The translations under genes and the position numbers were made by a program. A DNA stretch of 14,236 nucleotides, from positions 1 through 14,236 of the forward strand of contig JBBQXJ010000104.1 of NCBI GenBank assembly GCA_038209745.1. The letters run 5' to 3'. This document shows, piece by piece, positions 1 through 8,090 of the stretch (positions are counted from its first letter, which is position 1; each line of letters begins with the position of its first letter). The notes below the pieces were generated by a model. The model had not been told where the DNA came from. It did no database searches and saw only the letters and a list, made by a program, of their open reading frames with translations. The stretch comes from Verrucomicrobiota bacterium. Lineage in GTDB: Bacteria; Verrucomicrobiota; Verrucomicrobiia; Limisphaerales; CANJSG01.

Positions 1-85
1 CGTCCTTCGGCGCATACTCGCAGCGCGTCACCCGCCACTGCCGGCCCAAACCGAGGAGTTCATGAAACAATTGCTCAGGTGTCAT
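1..85 (-). CDS. ISL3-family transposase, N-terminal fragment (runs off the window)
   Basis: Manual translation from ATG at 85 gives MTPEQLFHELLGLGRQWRVTRCEYAPKD, matching the LF..LLGL...W.V start of ISL3 transposases. Not in the ORF track because it is truncated. Confidence 0.75.
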   Translation of the reverse strand, partial: MTPEQLFHELLGLGRQWRVTRCEYAPKD

Positions 86-138
86 CCCCCTTGCTGACCC
101 ATCTCCTACCCTCTACCCACTGAAAACAGCGAGGAACC
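1..138 (-). mobile_element. Left end of an ISL3-family insertion sequence (continues beyond window start)
   Basis: The minus strand from 138 reads GGTTCCTCGCTGTTTTCAGTGGG, resembling ISL3 terminal IRs. A transposase-like ATG follows at 85. The outer flank 139-146 (ACATTTCT) is AT-rich, as expected for an ISL3 8-bp target. Confidence 0.75.
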
Positions 139-288
139 ACATTTCTGTTCCGGTGCCGGGACCGGGTTGGACGAGGAAATTCGGCGGCGCTGCTCGGCTC
201 GATGTCGTCGAGCGAGCAGGCGGACCTTTTGTTCGAGCGACAAGACGCGTCGAATCTGTTTGGAAGCCGCTGTTCGTGACCCCTTCAT
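106..288 (-). CDS. Small basic hypothetical protein (60 aa), 3' end possibly replaced by the ISL3 end
   Basis: ATG at 288 is preceded by AAAGGA. Translation is MKGSRTAASKQIRRVLSLEQKVRLLARRHRAEQRRR..., and the last 10 codons and stop lie inside the IS end. Confidence 0.3.
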   Translation of the reverse strand: MKGSRTAASKQIRRVLSLEQKVRLLARRHRAEQRRRISSSNPVPAPEQKCGSSLFSVGRG

Positions 289-531
289 GGTCGCATCCTT
301 TTGTCGAGGTGAGGGAGCATCGAACCCCGCCTCCGTCCAACGTTGGACCGGTATCGGGGTCCAGCCCTTGTCTCGTCGTCCATGGACCAGTCCCGTCTGA
401 GATTTGGCATGTCTTCTCATAGGCCCCAGGATAGGTCCCGGACATGACTCGAACCTGTCCAGACAATTACCGAATGGACACGCTGCGGAGAAGGGGGTGG
501 GCGCCGAGGCACGGCGATTGGCCGCAGGTTT

Positions 532-2544
532 TTATTTTGCGTCTTCCGCGACTTCCAGGCCGACGAGGCAAATGTCATCCGAGAAGGATTCCTGGGCAGT
601 GAACGCGCGAATCTCGCGGAGGACCGATTCGATCAGGCCTTGGATTCCGGACGCGGCGTTCTTGCGGACGATGTCGAGGAGCATGTCCTGGCTGAACTGT
701 TGCTCGTCGGGTCCTTCGACCTCGAAGACCCCGTCGGTGAACGCCAACAGCATGTCGCCGGGACGAAGCGGCTGTTCAAAGGTCCGGTAGTCGGCATCCG
801 CGAAAAGGCCGAGGGCGGGACGACGCTTGCCGTCGGTGCTGCGCAGCCTTTCTGCGGTGTGGTCGGCCCGGTTGACCAGGAACGGACTGGGGTGGCCGGC
901 GTTGGAGTGCAGGAGGACGTTGCGGTCCAAATCAGCCACGGCGTAGAAGGCGGTCGTGAACAGGGGGGATCCCGTCTGCTTGAGGATGTTTCTCAGGTCG
1001 CCGTTCAACCGGATCAGCAGCGCGGCCGGATCGGTCGCGCTGGGGCGGAGCTCTTCGACCAGCGCGCGGACCATGGCGGTCACGAGGGCGGCCCGAACAC
1101 CGTGACCCATCACGTCACAGATGAAGAGGCCCGCTACGCGGTCGGACAGGGGGAAGATGCTGAAGAAGTCTCCACCCACGGCGCCGGTCGGCGTGTAGTG
1201 CCGGTGGAATTTAAGCAGGCTATGTGCGGGGTCGGCGTGCGGGGGAAAGACGGGAAAGGTCTGGGGCAGCATGGCCAACTGGATCTCGTTGGCCATCTTG
1301 AGATCCTCCTCCATCGCTTCGTTCTTCTTGCTGAGTTCCTCGCGGCTCCGGGCGAGAGCCTCGGTGGCGATGCGCTCGCGCTCCTCGGCTTCCTTCTTCT
1401 CCGTGATGTCCCAGAAAAGACCCTGGAGGCCGATGATCTCGCCGGTCGGATTGCGCAGCGGGGTCTTCAACACGTGGACGTAGCGGACGACGCCCGGCTG
1501 CGTCGGGGGCCGATATTGTTCGATCGTTTCGAAAATCCTGCCCGTGGTCGTGACGCCCCGGTCGTCGGCCTGATATTTGGCCACCATTTCCGGAGCGAAG
1601 AAGTCGGCATCGGTCTTGCCCACGATCTCGTCCAGAGTCCGATCGAGAGTCTCACAGAAGCGCTGGTTGCCGAAGGTGAACCGTCCCTGCAGATCCTTGC
1701 GGAAAATAGCCTGCTCGATGGCGTCCACGAGGGAGTGGTAGAGGGCTTCGGACTGGGCCAGCTTGGCCTCGGCCCGGTGGCGTTCGTTCACGTCTTCGAC
1801 CGTGCCTTCGTAGAACTTGATCCGGCCCTGTTTGTCGAGGACGGCGCGCACGTTTTCGGCGATCCAGATGACCTCTCCGTTCTTGCGCCGGATCTGGGAC
1901 TCGAAGGAGCTGACGATCCCGTGCTCCTGCATGATGCGCACGAACTCGGCGCGGCGTTCTTCATGGAGGTAGAGCATGCGGCCGATATCGGAGACCTGCC
2001 GCAGCAGCTCTTCGGGGGACTCGTAGCCGTAGATGCGGGCCAGAGCGGGGTTGGCGCTCAGGTAGTGGCCGTCGGACGTCGTCTGGAAGATGCCCACGAC
2101 TGCGTTCTCGTAGATGCCGCGATAGGTCTCCTCGGCGCGCAAAAGCTTGGCCCGGGCTTCGGCGCGTTCGGCGGCGTGCAGGACGGCGCGGACAAGCAGC
2201 CCGCTTTCGAGGCGCCCCTTGACGAGGTAGTCCTGGGCACCGGTTTTGACCGCTTGGACGGCGGTGGCCTCGTCGTCGTTCCCGCTCGTCACGATCACCG
2301 GGATATCGTCGGTCACTTTGCGGATGCGCTCCAACGTCGACAGGCCCTGTTCATCGACAAGCTGCAGGTCGAGAAGGATCAGCTGCGGTGGGTCGTTCTC
2401 GATGTGGGCGATGGCCTTGGCCAACGATTCCGTCCGGGTGACGGTAAACGAGGCCAGTCGGCTGCCGTTGAGCAGACGTTCGATGAACAGCGCGTCGACG
2501 GCGTTGTCCTCCACCAGGAGTATGTTGAGATGTTTCGACTTCAT
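532..2544 (-). CDS. REC-PAS-PAS-SpoIIE (RsbU-like PP2C) serine phosphatase, 670 aa
   Basis: Receiver domain: ILLVED, LILLD, VIVTS, DYLVK. Two PAS domains: IYENAVVGIFQ...ANPALARIYGY and LVDAIEQAIFRKDLQGRFTFGN. A coiled linker (EDLKMANEIQLAMLP) precedes SpoIIE motifs GGDFF, DVMGHG, FTDG and SDDI. Start moved from 2634 to ATG 2544 (MKSKHLNILLVED), with GGAGA upstream. Confidence 0.93.
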   Translation of the reverse strand: MKSKHLNILLVEDNAVDALFIERLLNGSRLASFTVTRTESLAKAIAHIENDPPQLILLDLQLVDEQGLSTLERIRKVTDDIPVIVTSGNDDEATAVQAVKTGAQDYLVKGRLESGLLVRAVLHAAERAEARAKLLRAEETYRGIYENAVVGIFQTTSDGHYLSANPALARIYGYESPEELLRQVSDIGRMLYLHEERRAEFVRIMQEHGIVSSFESQIRRKNGEVIWIAENVRAVLDKQGRIKFYEGTVEDVNERHRAEAKLAQSEALYHSLVDAIEQAIFRKDLQGRFTFGNQRFCETLDRTLDEIVGKTDADFFAPEMVAKYQADDRGVTTTGRIFETIEQYRPPTQPGVVRYVHVLKTPLRNPTGEIIGLQGLFWDITEKKEAEERERIATEALARSREELSKKNEAMEEDLKMANEIQLAMLPQTFPVFPPHADPAHSLLKFHRHYTPTGAVGGDFFSIFPLSDRVAGLFICDVMGHGVRAALVTAMVRALVEELRPSATDPAALLIRLNGDLRNILKQTGSPLFTTAFYAVADLDRNVLLHSNAGHPSPFLVNRADHTAERLRSTDGKRRPALGLFADADYRTFEQPLRPGDMLLAFTDGVFEVEGPDEQQFSQDMLLDIVRKNAASGIQGLIESVLREIRAFTAQESFSDDICLVGLEVAEDAK

Positions 2545-2655
2545 CGGAGGGAGTTCTCCCGGGGATGTTCGACCCGGTGGCGGACATGAGCGAGAGGCAA
2601 CATCCACGAAAAACGTGTCATCCTCGCCCCGCATTCTGCACCGGACATTCGGGGG

Positions 2656-3030
2656 TCACATTTTCTCCATGCTGACGGCTCCGGTCTTGGGATCGTATTG
2701 CAGCTTCATGCCGTAGGGCGCCGCCGGGATCTGCCGGAGATAGCCCTTTGAGACCAACTCGTCCAGCGATGCCGGGAAGCGGTCCTCGGTGATCTGGAAG
2801 TTCTGGATGGCGGGCTTGATCTGGGAGATGTCGATCATCTTGACCGCGCTTTGTTTTCCCTTGGCGACGGCGCCCAGGTAGTCGACGGGGGCAGAAACGG
2901 GGTTGCCGCTGGAATTGTTGGAAATAGCCGCGTTGAACGACTGGGGCGTGGAGGATGTGGACTCGCCGCCGCAACCGACAATTCCCGAAAGGAATGCCGC
3001 GAGGGCCAGTCCGGATATTGCATGCTTCAT
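2656..3030 (-). CDS. Small lipoprotein (124 aa) with a pseudopilin/GspG-like C-terminal region
   Basis: ATG 3030 gives MKHAISGLALAAFLSGIVG-C (lipobox), then a Ser/Asn-rich linker. The C-terminal IQNFQITEDRFPASLDELVSKGYLRQIP...YDPKTG resembles the pseudopilin globular motif. The longer 3198 start overlaps the divergent gene. Confidence 0.75.
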   Translation of the reverse strand: MKHAISGLALAAFLSGIVGCGGESTSSTPQSFNAAISNNSSGNPVSAPVDYLGAVAKGKQSAVKMIDISQIKPAIQNFQITEDRFPASLDELVSKGYLRQIPAAPYGMKLQYDPKTGAVSMEKM

Positions 3031-3136
3031 GGATTTAAACCTATGCCGTGAAGGCCGGATGCCAAGAGCGTTGTTGGCCCCTGTCCGTGGATGAAACTTC
3101 TTTCCCAGGACCAACGCCGAGCGCGATGATTTCCCC

Positions 3137-4276
3137 ATGTCTCCTCTCTCTTGGATGGCCGTCGTCGGTTTGGCCGCAACCCTTGGCGGGATCTCCACTT
3201 GCCGGGCTGAACGATTCCTCGTCTATGTGGGCACCTATACCGGGCCGAAAAGCGCGGGCATCCATGTGGTGCGCTTCGACACGGACACGGGGAAAGCCGG
3301 GGTGCCGCAATTGGCGGCGAAGTCGGTCAATCCGACTTTTCTGTCCGTTCATCCCGACGGACATCATCTCTACGCCGCCAATGAAACCGACCAGTGGGAA
3401 GGGCGCCCCGGGGGCTATGTCTCCGCGTTCGCCATCGACCAAGACTCCGGGATGCTGACCGCAATGAACCAGCAATCCACCGGAGGCGGTGGGCCGTGCC
3501 ACCTGGTCACGGACCGGACGGGAACGGCGGTTTTGGTGGCGAACTATGGAGGCGGCAGCGTGGCGGGTCTGCCGTTGAGGGCCGATGGATCGCTTTCGCC
3601 CCGCACGGCCTTCGTGCAGCACACCGGTTCGGGTCCGAACAAGGATCGGCAAAGCGGGCCGCACGCTCATTCGATCAATCTCTCGCCGGACGGAAAATTC
3701 GCGTTGGTTGCGGATCTCGGGACGGATCGGATCTCCATTTATCGGTTCGAGGCGAAAGGCGCGTCATTGAAACTGCAGGGGGAGGTTGCGATGCCGCCGG
3801 GATCGGGACCCAGGCACCTGGTCTTCTCCCCGGATGGAAGACGGATCTTCGTGATCAGCGAAATGCGGTCCACGCTGGCGAGTTTCGCTTGGGACGCGGC
3901 CCCGGGATCTTTGGCACCGCTCGATTCGAAGTCGACACTTCCGCCGGGGTTTTCAGGAGACTCCAGCACCGCCGAAGTCGCGGTGCATCCGAACGGTCGA
4001 TTCGTCTACGGCTCGAACCGAGGCCATGATTCGATCGCTCTATTCCGGGCGGCCTCGGACGGAAAACTCGAGCTGGTGGAAAACGTGAGCACCGGGGGAA
4101 AGACACCGCGGAACTTTGCCCTGGATCCCACGGGAAAGTTTCTTTGGGCGGCCAACCAAGACTCCGACTCGGTCGTGATCTTCACGGTTGATCCAGAGTC
4201 TGCGCATCTGACTCCCACCGGCCAGGTGCTCAACATCGGGTCGCCGGTGTGTGTCCAATTTGTCCCGATGAAGTGA
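3137..4276 (+). CDS. pgl: Lactonase-family 7-bladed beta-propeller (6-phosphogluconolactonase Pgl/YkgB-like) with signal peptide
   Basis: Motifs VYVGTYT, NPTFL, GPCHL, VANYGGG, RQSGPHAH, DLGTDRI, GSGPRH, YGSNRGHDSI, TPRNF and ANQDSD. The N-terminus looks like a hydrophobic signal ending near TCRA. Confidence 0.9.
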   Translation: MSPLSWMAVVGLAATLGGISTCRAERFLVYVGTYTGPKSAGIHVVRFDTDTGKAGVPQLAAKSVNPTFLSVHPDGHHLYAANETDQWEGRPGGYVSAFAIDQDSGMLTAMNQQSTGGGGPCHLVTDRTGTAVLVANYGGGSVAGLPLRADGSLSPRTAFVQHTGSGPNKDRQSGPHAHSINLSPDGKFALVADLGTDRISIYRFEAKGASLKLQGEVAMPPGSGPRHLVFSPDGRRIFVISEMRSTLASFAWDAAPGSLAPLDSKSTLPPGFSGDSSTAEVAVHPNGRFVYGSNRGHDSIALFRAASDGKLELVENVSTGGKTPRNFALDPTGKFLWAANQDSDSVVIFTVDPESAHLTPTGQVLNIGSPVCVQFVPMK

Positions 4277-4296
4277 CCGGAACGACCGGAACGACC
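4275..4296. repeat. Short tandem repeat (GACCGGAAC)x2 plus partial copy
   Basis: gaccggaac gaccggaac gacc, starting within the lactonase stop codon. Confidence 0.7.
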
Positions 4297-4319
4297 CGTC
4301 GAACAGCGGACGTTCCAAT

Positions 4320-4351
4320 AAAAAAGCCGGCTTCGTTCGAAGCCGGCTTTT
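4320..4351. terminator. Bidirectional rho-independent terminator
   Basis: Perfect inverted repeat AAAAGCCGGCTTCG-TT-CGAAGCCGGCTTTT (4322-4351) with A and T tracts at its ends, between two convergent genes. Confidence 0.9.
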
Positions 4352-4381
4352 CAATTTCCGTATCGAGTCTCGAAGACAACC

Positions 4382-6136
4382 CTAGCTTGGATTCGGCGCT
4401 TCCGCCTTCGGCTCGTTGGCTGTTTCCGGCGCTTCCGGAGTCGGCGCGGAAGACGAAGCAGCGGGCGTCTCGGCTGCGGGTGGTTCAGCAGCGGGGGATC
4501 CGGCCGAAACCGGTTCCTTGAGGGGAGCCGTCTCGGGGGCTGCATGTTCCGCAGAAGCGGTGGCTACAGGTGCCTTGGCCGGCCTTTCCTTCTTTGACTG
4601 CTGCAGGGGTTTCAGAATCGGCTTCTTGGCCGTTTCGAGGACGCCGTTGTGGAACTCGATCACATGGCCTTGATGGATGAGCCAATGGAGGTCTCCGATA
4701 AGAGTCCTCTGTTCGGACGTGGGCCCGGGCTCGGTCGCCTCGGCCGGGACTTCCGCAGAAGCGGCCGTTCCAGGGCTTGCAGCGCCCTCTTCCGTCTGAA
4801 CGGGAGTTGAGGCGGAGGGTGCGGCAGCGGGAGTCGGAGCCGCAGGGGACGGAGCCAACCCTTCGAGAAGCTGTTTCCGGGCGCACTTTGGCGTGGCGTT
4901 GATGAATTCCACGATCTTGCGGATGCCGTTGGAAACCGGGTGGGCCGCCAAATCGAGGAAGTGCGGCCGAGCAACGCTGACGTGGGTGAAGGTCTTGTTG
5001 ACCTTGAAGAACTGGAGGCCCCTCGACGCGAGTTGGGAACTAAGGATGTTGACGACTCCCAGGGGGAAGCGGCGCTGCTCTTCCCAAAGATGGCGGAGGT
5101 TCCGCATCAGGGCGGGTTGTCGGACATTGCGGCTGGCCGGTCCTGAGAGCGTGAGCGATTCGGTTCGCTTGACGATGTTGGGAAGATGGACTTCACGGAA
5201 ATGCTTCTCCACGTCCTCCATTTTCGTGAGCCGAAGCGGCTCAGGGAGATTCAGGGCGACGTATTCGGTCTTGAAGCTCTGGTCCTCGATCCACTTCTTC
5301 ACGACCGCCTCGTCCTTCACGATTTTGACCCGTGCCTTGAAGGCCTCGAAAGGCATGCGCTCGAAACGACTCTGGTGGAGACGACGGAGCTGGTTCTGGT
5401 AGTCGTGATAGTTGGGCGGACCGAGGATCTCGCCGCTCAACCCACACTGGGCGACGAAGGTGTAGACGCCCTTGGGAGGGTCGCATGGAGTTTTTTCCGC
5501 CTGGTAGAAGGTCGAGAAATGGTTCTGGAGGATGTGGCCGACAACTTCCTGCTCGGTGAGCCACAGAGTGTCGTCGAGCGCACAGGTGAAGAGCGGCTGG
5601 GCGGCGACGCCTTCTGCGTTCTTCCGGGACTCGATCTTGATCTGATAACGCTCCGGCTTCTGGACGATCAGCTGGGCGATCTCGAAGAGGGGATACGCGC
5701 GGCCGGTCAGCTTGATCTGCCGAGCAAGCGAATCAACGCCCTTCTCTTCGGGGATGATGGTGAAGTTCAGCTCGAGCGCCGGGGGCGGTTCCGGACGGCG
5801 CTCGTCGCTCCGCGGGCCTCCCCGGAAATCGGGGCGGGGTCCACCGGGGCCGCGATTGCCGTCATCGCGGCGGGGACCGCGGTCGCCACCCGGACGCGGG
5901 CCTCCGGTCCCCTGACCTTGCCCTTGTCCTTGTCCTTGTGGGCGGAATCCGCCTTCCCGGGGCGGACGGGCACCACGATCACCGCCGGGGCGGGAGCCCC
6001 GGCGCAATGGCCGGTCACCACCGCGCTCGGCACCTTCATTGCCGGTGAAGCGGGAATATTGATTCGAGTCGGCCGGCTGTTTGGCCCAAGAGGGCTGGAA
6101 CAGTGACTCCAGATCCAGTTCGTTTTCGATGTTCAT
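4382..6136 (-). CDS. Hypothetical protein (584 aa) with Arg/Gly/Pro-rich N-terminal region, globular core and Ala/Pro/Glu-rich tail
   Basis: Long ORF with coding-like GC-rich third positions, ending before the terminator. The core includes CALDDTLW, CGLSGEILGPPNYHDYQ and DLHWLIHQGHVIEF. No catalytic motif recognized. Confidence 0.85.
   Translation of the reverse strand: MNIENELDLESLFQPSWAKQPADSNQYSRFTGNEGAERGGDRPLRRGSRPGGDRGARPPREGGFRPQGQGQGQGQGTGGPRPGGDRGPRRDDGNRGPGGPRPDFRGGPRSDERRPEPPPALELNFTIIPEEKGVDSLARQIKLTGRAYPLFEIAQLIVQKPERYQIKIESRKNAEGVAAQPLFTCALDDTLWLTEQEVVGHILQNHFSTFYQAEKTPCDPPKGVYTFVAQCGLSGEILGPPNYHDYQNQLRRLHQSRFERMPFEAFKARVKIVKDEAVVKKWIEDQSFKTEYVALNLPEPLRLTKMEDVEKHFREVHLPNIVKRTESLTLSGPASRNVRQPALMRNLRHLWEEQRRFPLGVVNILSSQLASRGLQFFKVNKTFTHVSVARPHFLDLAAHPVSNGIRKIVEFINATPKCARKQLLEGLAPSPAAPTPAAAPSASTPVQTEEGAASPGTAASAEVPAEATEPGPTSEQRTLIGDLHWLIHQGHVIEFHNGVLETAKKPILKPLQQSKKERPAKAPVATASAEHAAPETAPLKEPVSAGSPAAEPPAAETPAASSSAPTPEAPETANEPKAEAPNPS
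5910..5938 (-). repeat. Imperfect 6-bp in-frame tandem repeat encoding (QG)5
   Basis: The plus strand ccctgaccttgcccttgtccttgtccttg encodes QGQGQGQGQG on the minus strand. Confidence 0.7.
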
Positions 6137-6192
6137 TGCGACGACAGATAGCCCATTAGTCCCGCCTTGCGAAGCGGGCCGGGCCTAAAAAC

Positions 6193-6208
6193 AGGCGGGC
6201 ACCTTGCT
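6193..6208 (+). promoter_or_regulatory. Candidate sigma-54 (-24/-12) promoter for the TPR gene
   Basis: aGGcgggcaccTTGCT has exact GG-N10-GC spacing and a TTGCT -12 element, about 110 nt upstream of ATG 6321. The -24 element deviates from TGGCAC. Confidence 0.35.
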
Positions 6209-6320
6209 AGGGCACCAAATGGAAAGCAAGCACCGGCTGGCCGCTGAGTGGACCTTCCGTGAACCATGTCGAGACGGACGGGATTTGACTTTGAATCATG
6301 TTCTGCCGACAACCCTGTCA

Positions 6321-8042
6321 ATGGCTGTGACGACCCCCTTTGTCCCCGTGTCCTCCACCGTCGTGTGGCGGCGGCGCTTCATTTGGTGCCTACTTCTTCT
6401 GGTTTTGATCATCGCTGCGACGTGGGGCCTTGATCGTTACCGGGTGTGGCGCTACCAGCACCTCCTCGAATATGCGGCCGCCTCCGCGGCGACGAGCAAT
6501 TGGGATGGCGTCGAGTTCAGCCTGCGCCAAGCGATGCAGATCAACCCGGGGGACATTGAGCCCTACGAGAAGTTGGCCGGCTACGCCGAGACGCTGGAGC
6601 CCTCGCTGGCGATCCAATGGCGACGCTCGGTCGCCGAGCACGAACCCGGCTACCTTCGGCACCGCATCGCCTGGGCTCAGACCGCTTTGAAGCAGGGGAA
6701 TCTGCCCGAGGCGGCCGAGGCGTTGAAGGGGATCGACAAGTCGAGCAGCGAAACCGCTTCGGTACAGGCTTTGATCGCCACGATTTCGGCTGCGGCAGGG
6801 GATCTGGCGGGGGCCACCAAGGCTGCAGCCGAAGCGGTCAGTCTCGACCCCGGCAATGCCACCAATCGATTCATGCTGGCCAAATTGAAACTCGCCGGCA
6901 CCAACGCCGTGGAAGTCGCCGTGGCCCGTTCCCAGATTGAAAAAGTTTCGACCGAGCCAAGTTTCGTCCTTGAAGCCAATCGCGTGCTTGGGATGGATGC
7001 GCTTCAGCGCAAGGACCTGAGGATCGCCCGCCAGCGGCTCGAAGCGGCGTTGCAAGATCCCGGAGCCGATCTGAATGATCGGCTCCGATTCCTGGACCTG
7101 CTGCGGCTCGAAGATTCGCCGCGGCTTTCGGCCCAGCTGGCGACGGTGCAGGCAACCGCCGGGACGAACGTGGTCAAAGTTTTGGCGGTCGCAAAGTGGA
7201 TGAGCTCTCGCGGTTTTGGATCCGACTCGGTCCAGTGGCTGAAGGGCCAACCAACAAACCTTGTGACCCATCCGGTGCTCCGGGCCGCCCGACTCGAGGC
7301 TTATCTGGCCGCGCGTCAAGGAGCCGAGTGCGCAAATTGGCTGAAGTCCGAAAGCTGGGAGGCGGACGATTATCTGCGGCTCACGCTCCTGGCCCGGGTC
7401 CAGTCCAGCATGGGCCTGACCAATGAGTGTGACGCGACTTGGCAGCAGGCCGTCGAGAAGGGGCGCACCACTCCCCGGGGCCGCAGGGCGCTCTGGCAGA
7501 CTGCGGCGGAGGCCGGCTGGGGCGACAAGGGCATGGAGATCCTTCAACTCTCCGCCGAATCACCGACGGACCGGAAATGGGCATTGGGCGTTCTTTTCGA
7601 CCATTACTCTCGAATTCCGGACACGCACAAGATGCTGGACGTCTCCCGCAGACTGTTGGCCGTGGATCCGGAAGACGCGATGGTTCGCAACAATGTCGCC
7701 GCCTTGTCCCTGCTGTTGAAGGAGGACGTGGACACGGGTTTCAAGCTGGCCCGGCAAGCATGGACGGAACGTCCACAGGATCCGGCGATTCTCGCGACCT
7801 ATGGCTACGCCCTGTTATTGAAAGGCAAGGCGGCCGAGGCGCTCGACGTTTTCGAACGGATCCCGCCCCAGTATGCGGCCCATCCTTCGATCGCCGTCTA
7901 TTACGGGGCCGTCTTGGCTGCGAATGGGCAGACAAAAAAGGCGCAGCCCTACCTCAAGGTCGCGTCGACCGGGCACATCCTGCCGGAAGAGGAGAAGCTC
8001 CTGGGCGAGACCCTCCGCCAAGCCTCGCTCTTCAACGAATGA
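6321..8042 (+). CDS. Tetratricopeptide-repeat protein with N-terminal membrane anchor (573 aa)
   Basis: WRRRFIWCLLLLVLIIAATWG transmembrane segment, followed by repeated TPR-like helical pairs (LRQAMQINPGDIE, AAEAVSLDPGNAT, LLAVDPEDAMVRNNVA, PQDPAILATYGYALLLKG). ATG 6321 preferred over TTG 6204. Confidence 0.85.
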   Translation: MAVTTPFVPVSSTVVWRRRFIWCLLLLVLIIAATWGLDRYRVWRYQHLLEYAAASAATSNWDGVEFSLRQAMQINPGDIEPYEKLAGYAETLEPSLAIQWRRSVAEHEPGYLRHRIAWAQTALKQGNLPEAAEALKGIDKSSSETASVQALIATISAAAGDLAGATKAAAEAVSLDPGNATNRFMLAKLKLAGTNAVEVAVARSQIEKVSTEPSFVLEANRVLGMDALQRKDLRIARQRLEAALQDPGADLNDRLRFLDLLRLEDSPRLSAQLATVQATAGTNVVKVLAVAKWMSSRGFGSDSVQWLKGQPTNLVTHPVLRAARLEAYLAARQGAECANWLKSESWEADDYLRLTLLARVQSSMGLTNECDATWQQAVEKGRTTPRGRRALWQTAAEAGWGDKGMEILQLSAESPTDRKWALGVLFDHYSRIPDTHKMLDVSRRLLAVDPEDAMVRNNVAALSLLLKEDVDTGFKLARQAWTERPQDPAILATYGYALLLKGKAAEALDVFERIPPQYAAHPSIAVYYGAVLAANGQTKKAQPYLKVASTGHILPEEEKLLGETLRQASLFNE

Positions 8043-8090
8043 CACCCGGTCTCAGGGATTCTTCGCCTCAAGTCGCCCCCGTGTTCAATC

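Noticed and set aside
483..538. CTGCGG...CCGCAG stem with a T-rich tail as a terminator
   Set aside because: The stem is short with a long interior, and the U tract is on the wrong strand for the phosphatase gene.
640..2589. 649-aa plus-strand ORF
   Set aside because: Antisense shadow of the phosphatase gene. Long stop-free reverse frames are common at high GC, and it has no recognizable motifs.
3049..3065. TTGGCATCCGGCCTTCA (minus strand) as a sigma-54 promoter of the lipoprotein gene
   Set aside because: The -24 element is good, but the -12 reads TC instead of GC and the leader would be very short.
4275..4304. Short direct repeats as CRISPR or iterons
   Set aside because: Only about two and a half 9-bp units, with no spacers and no cas or rep genes.
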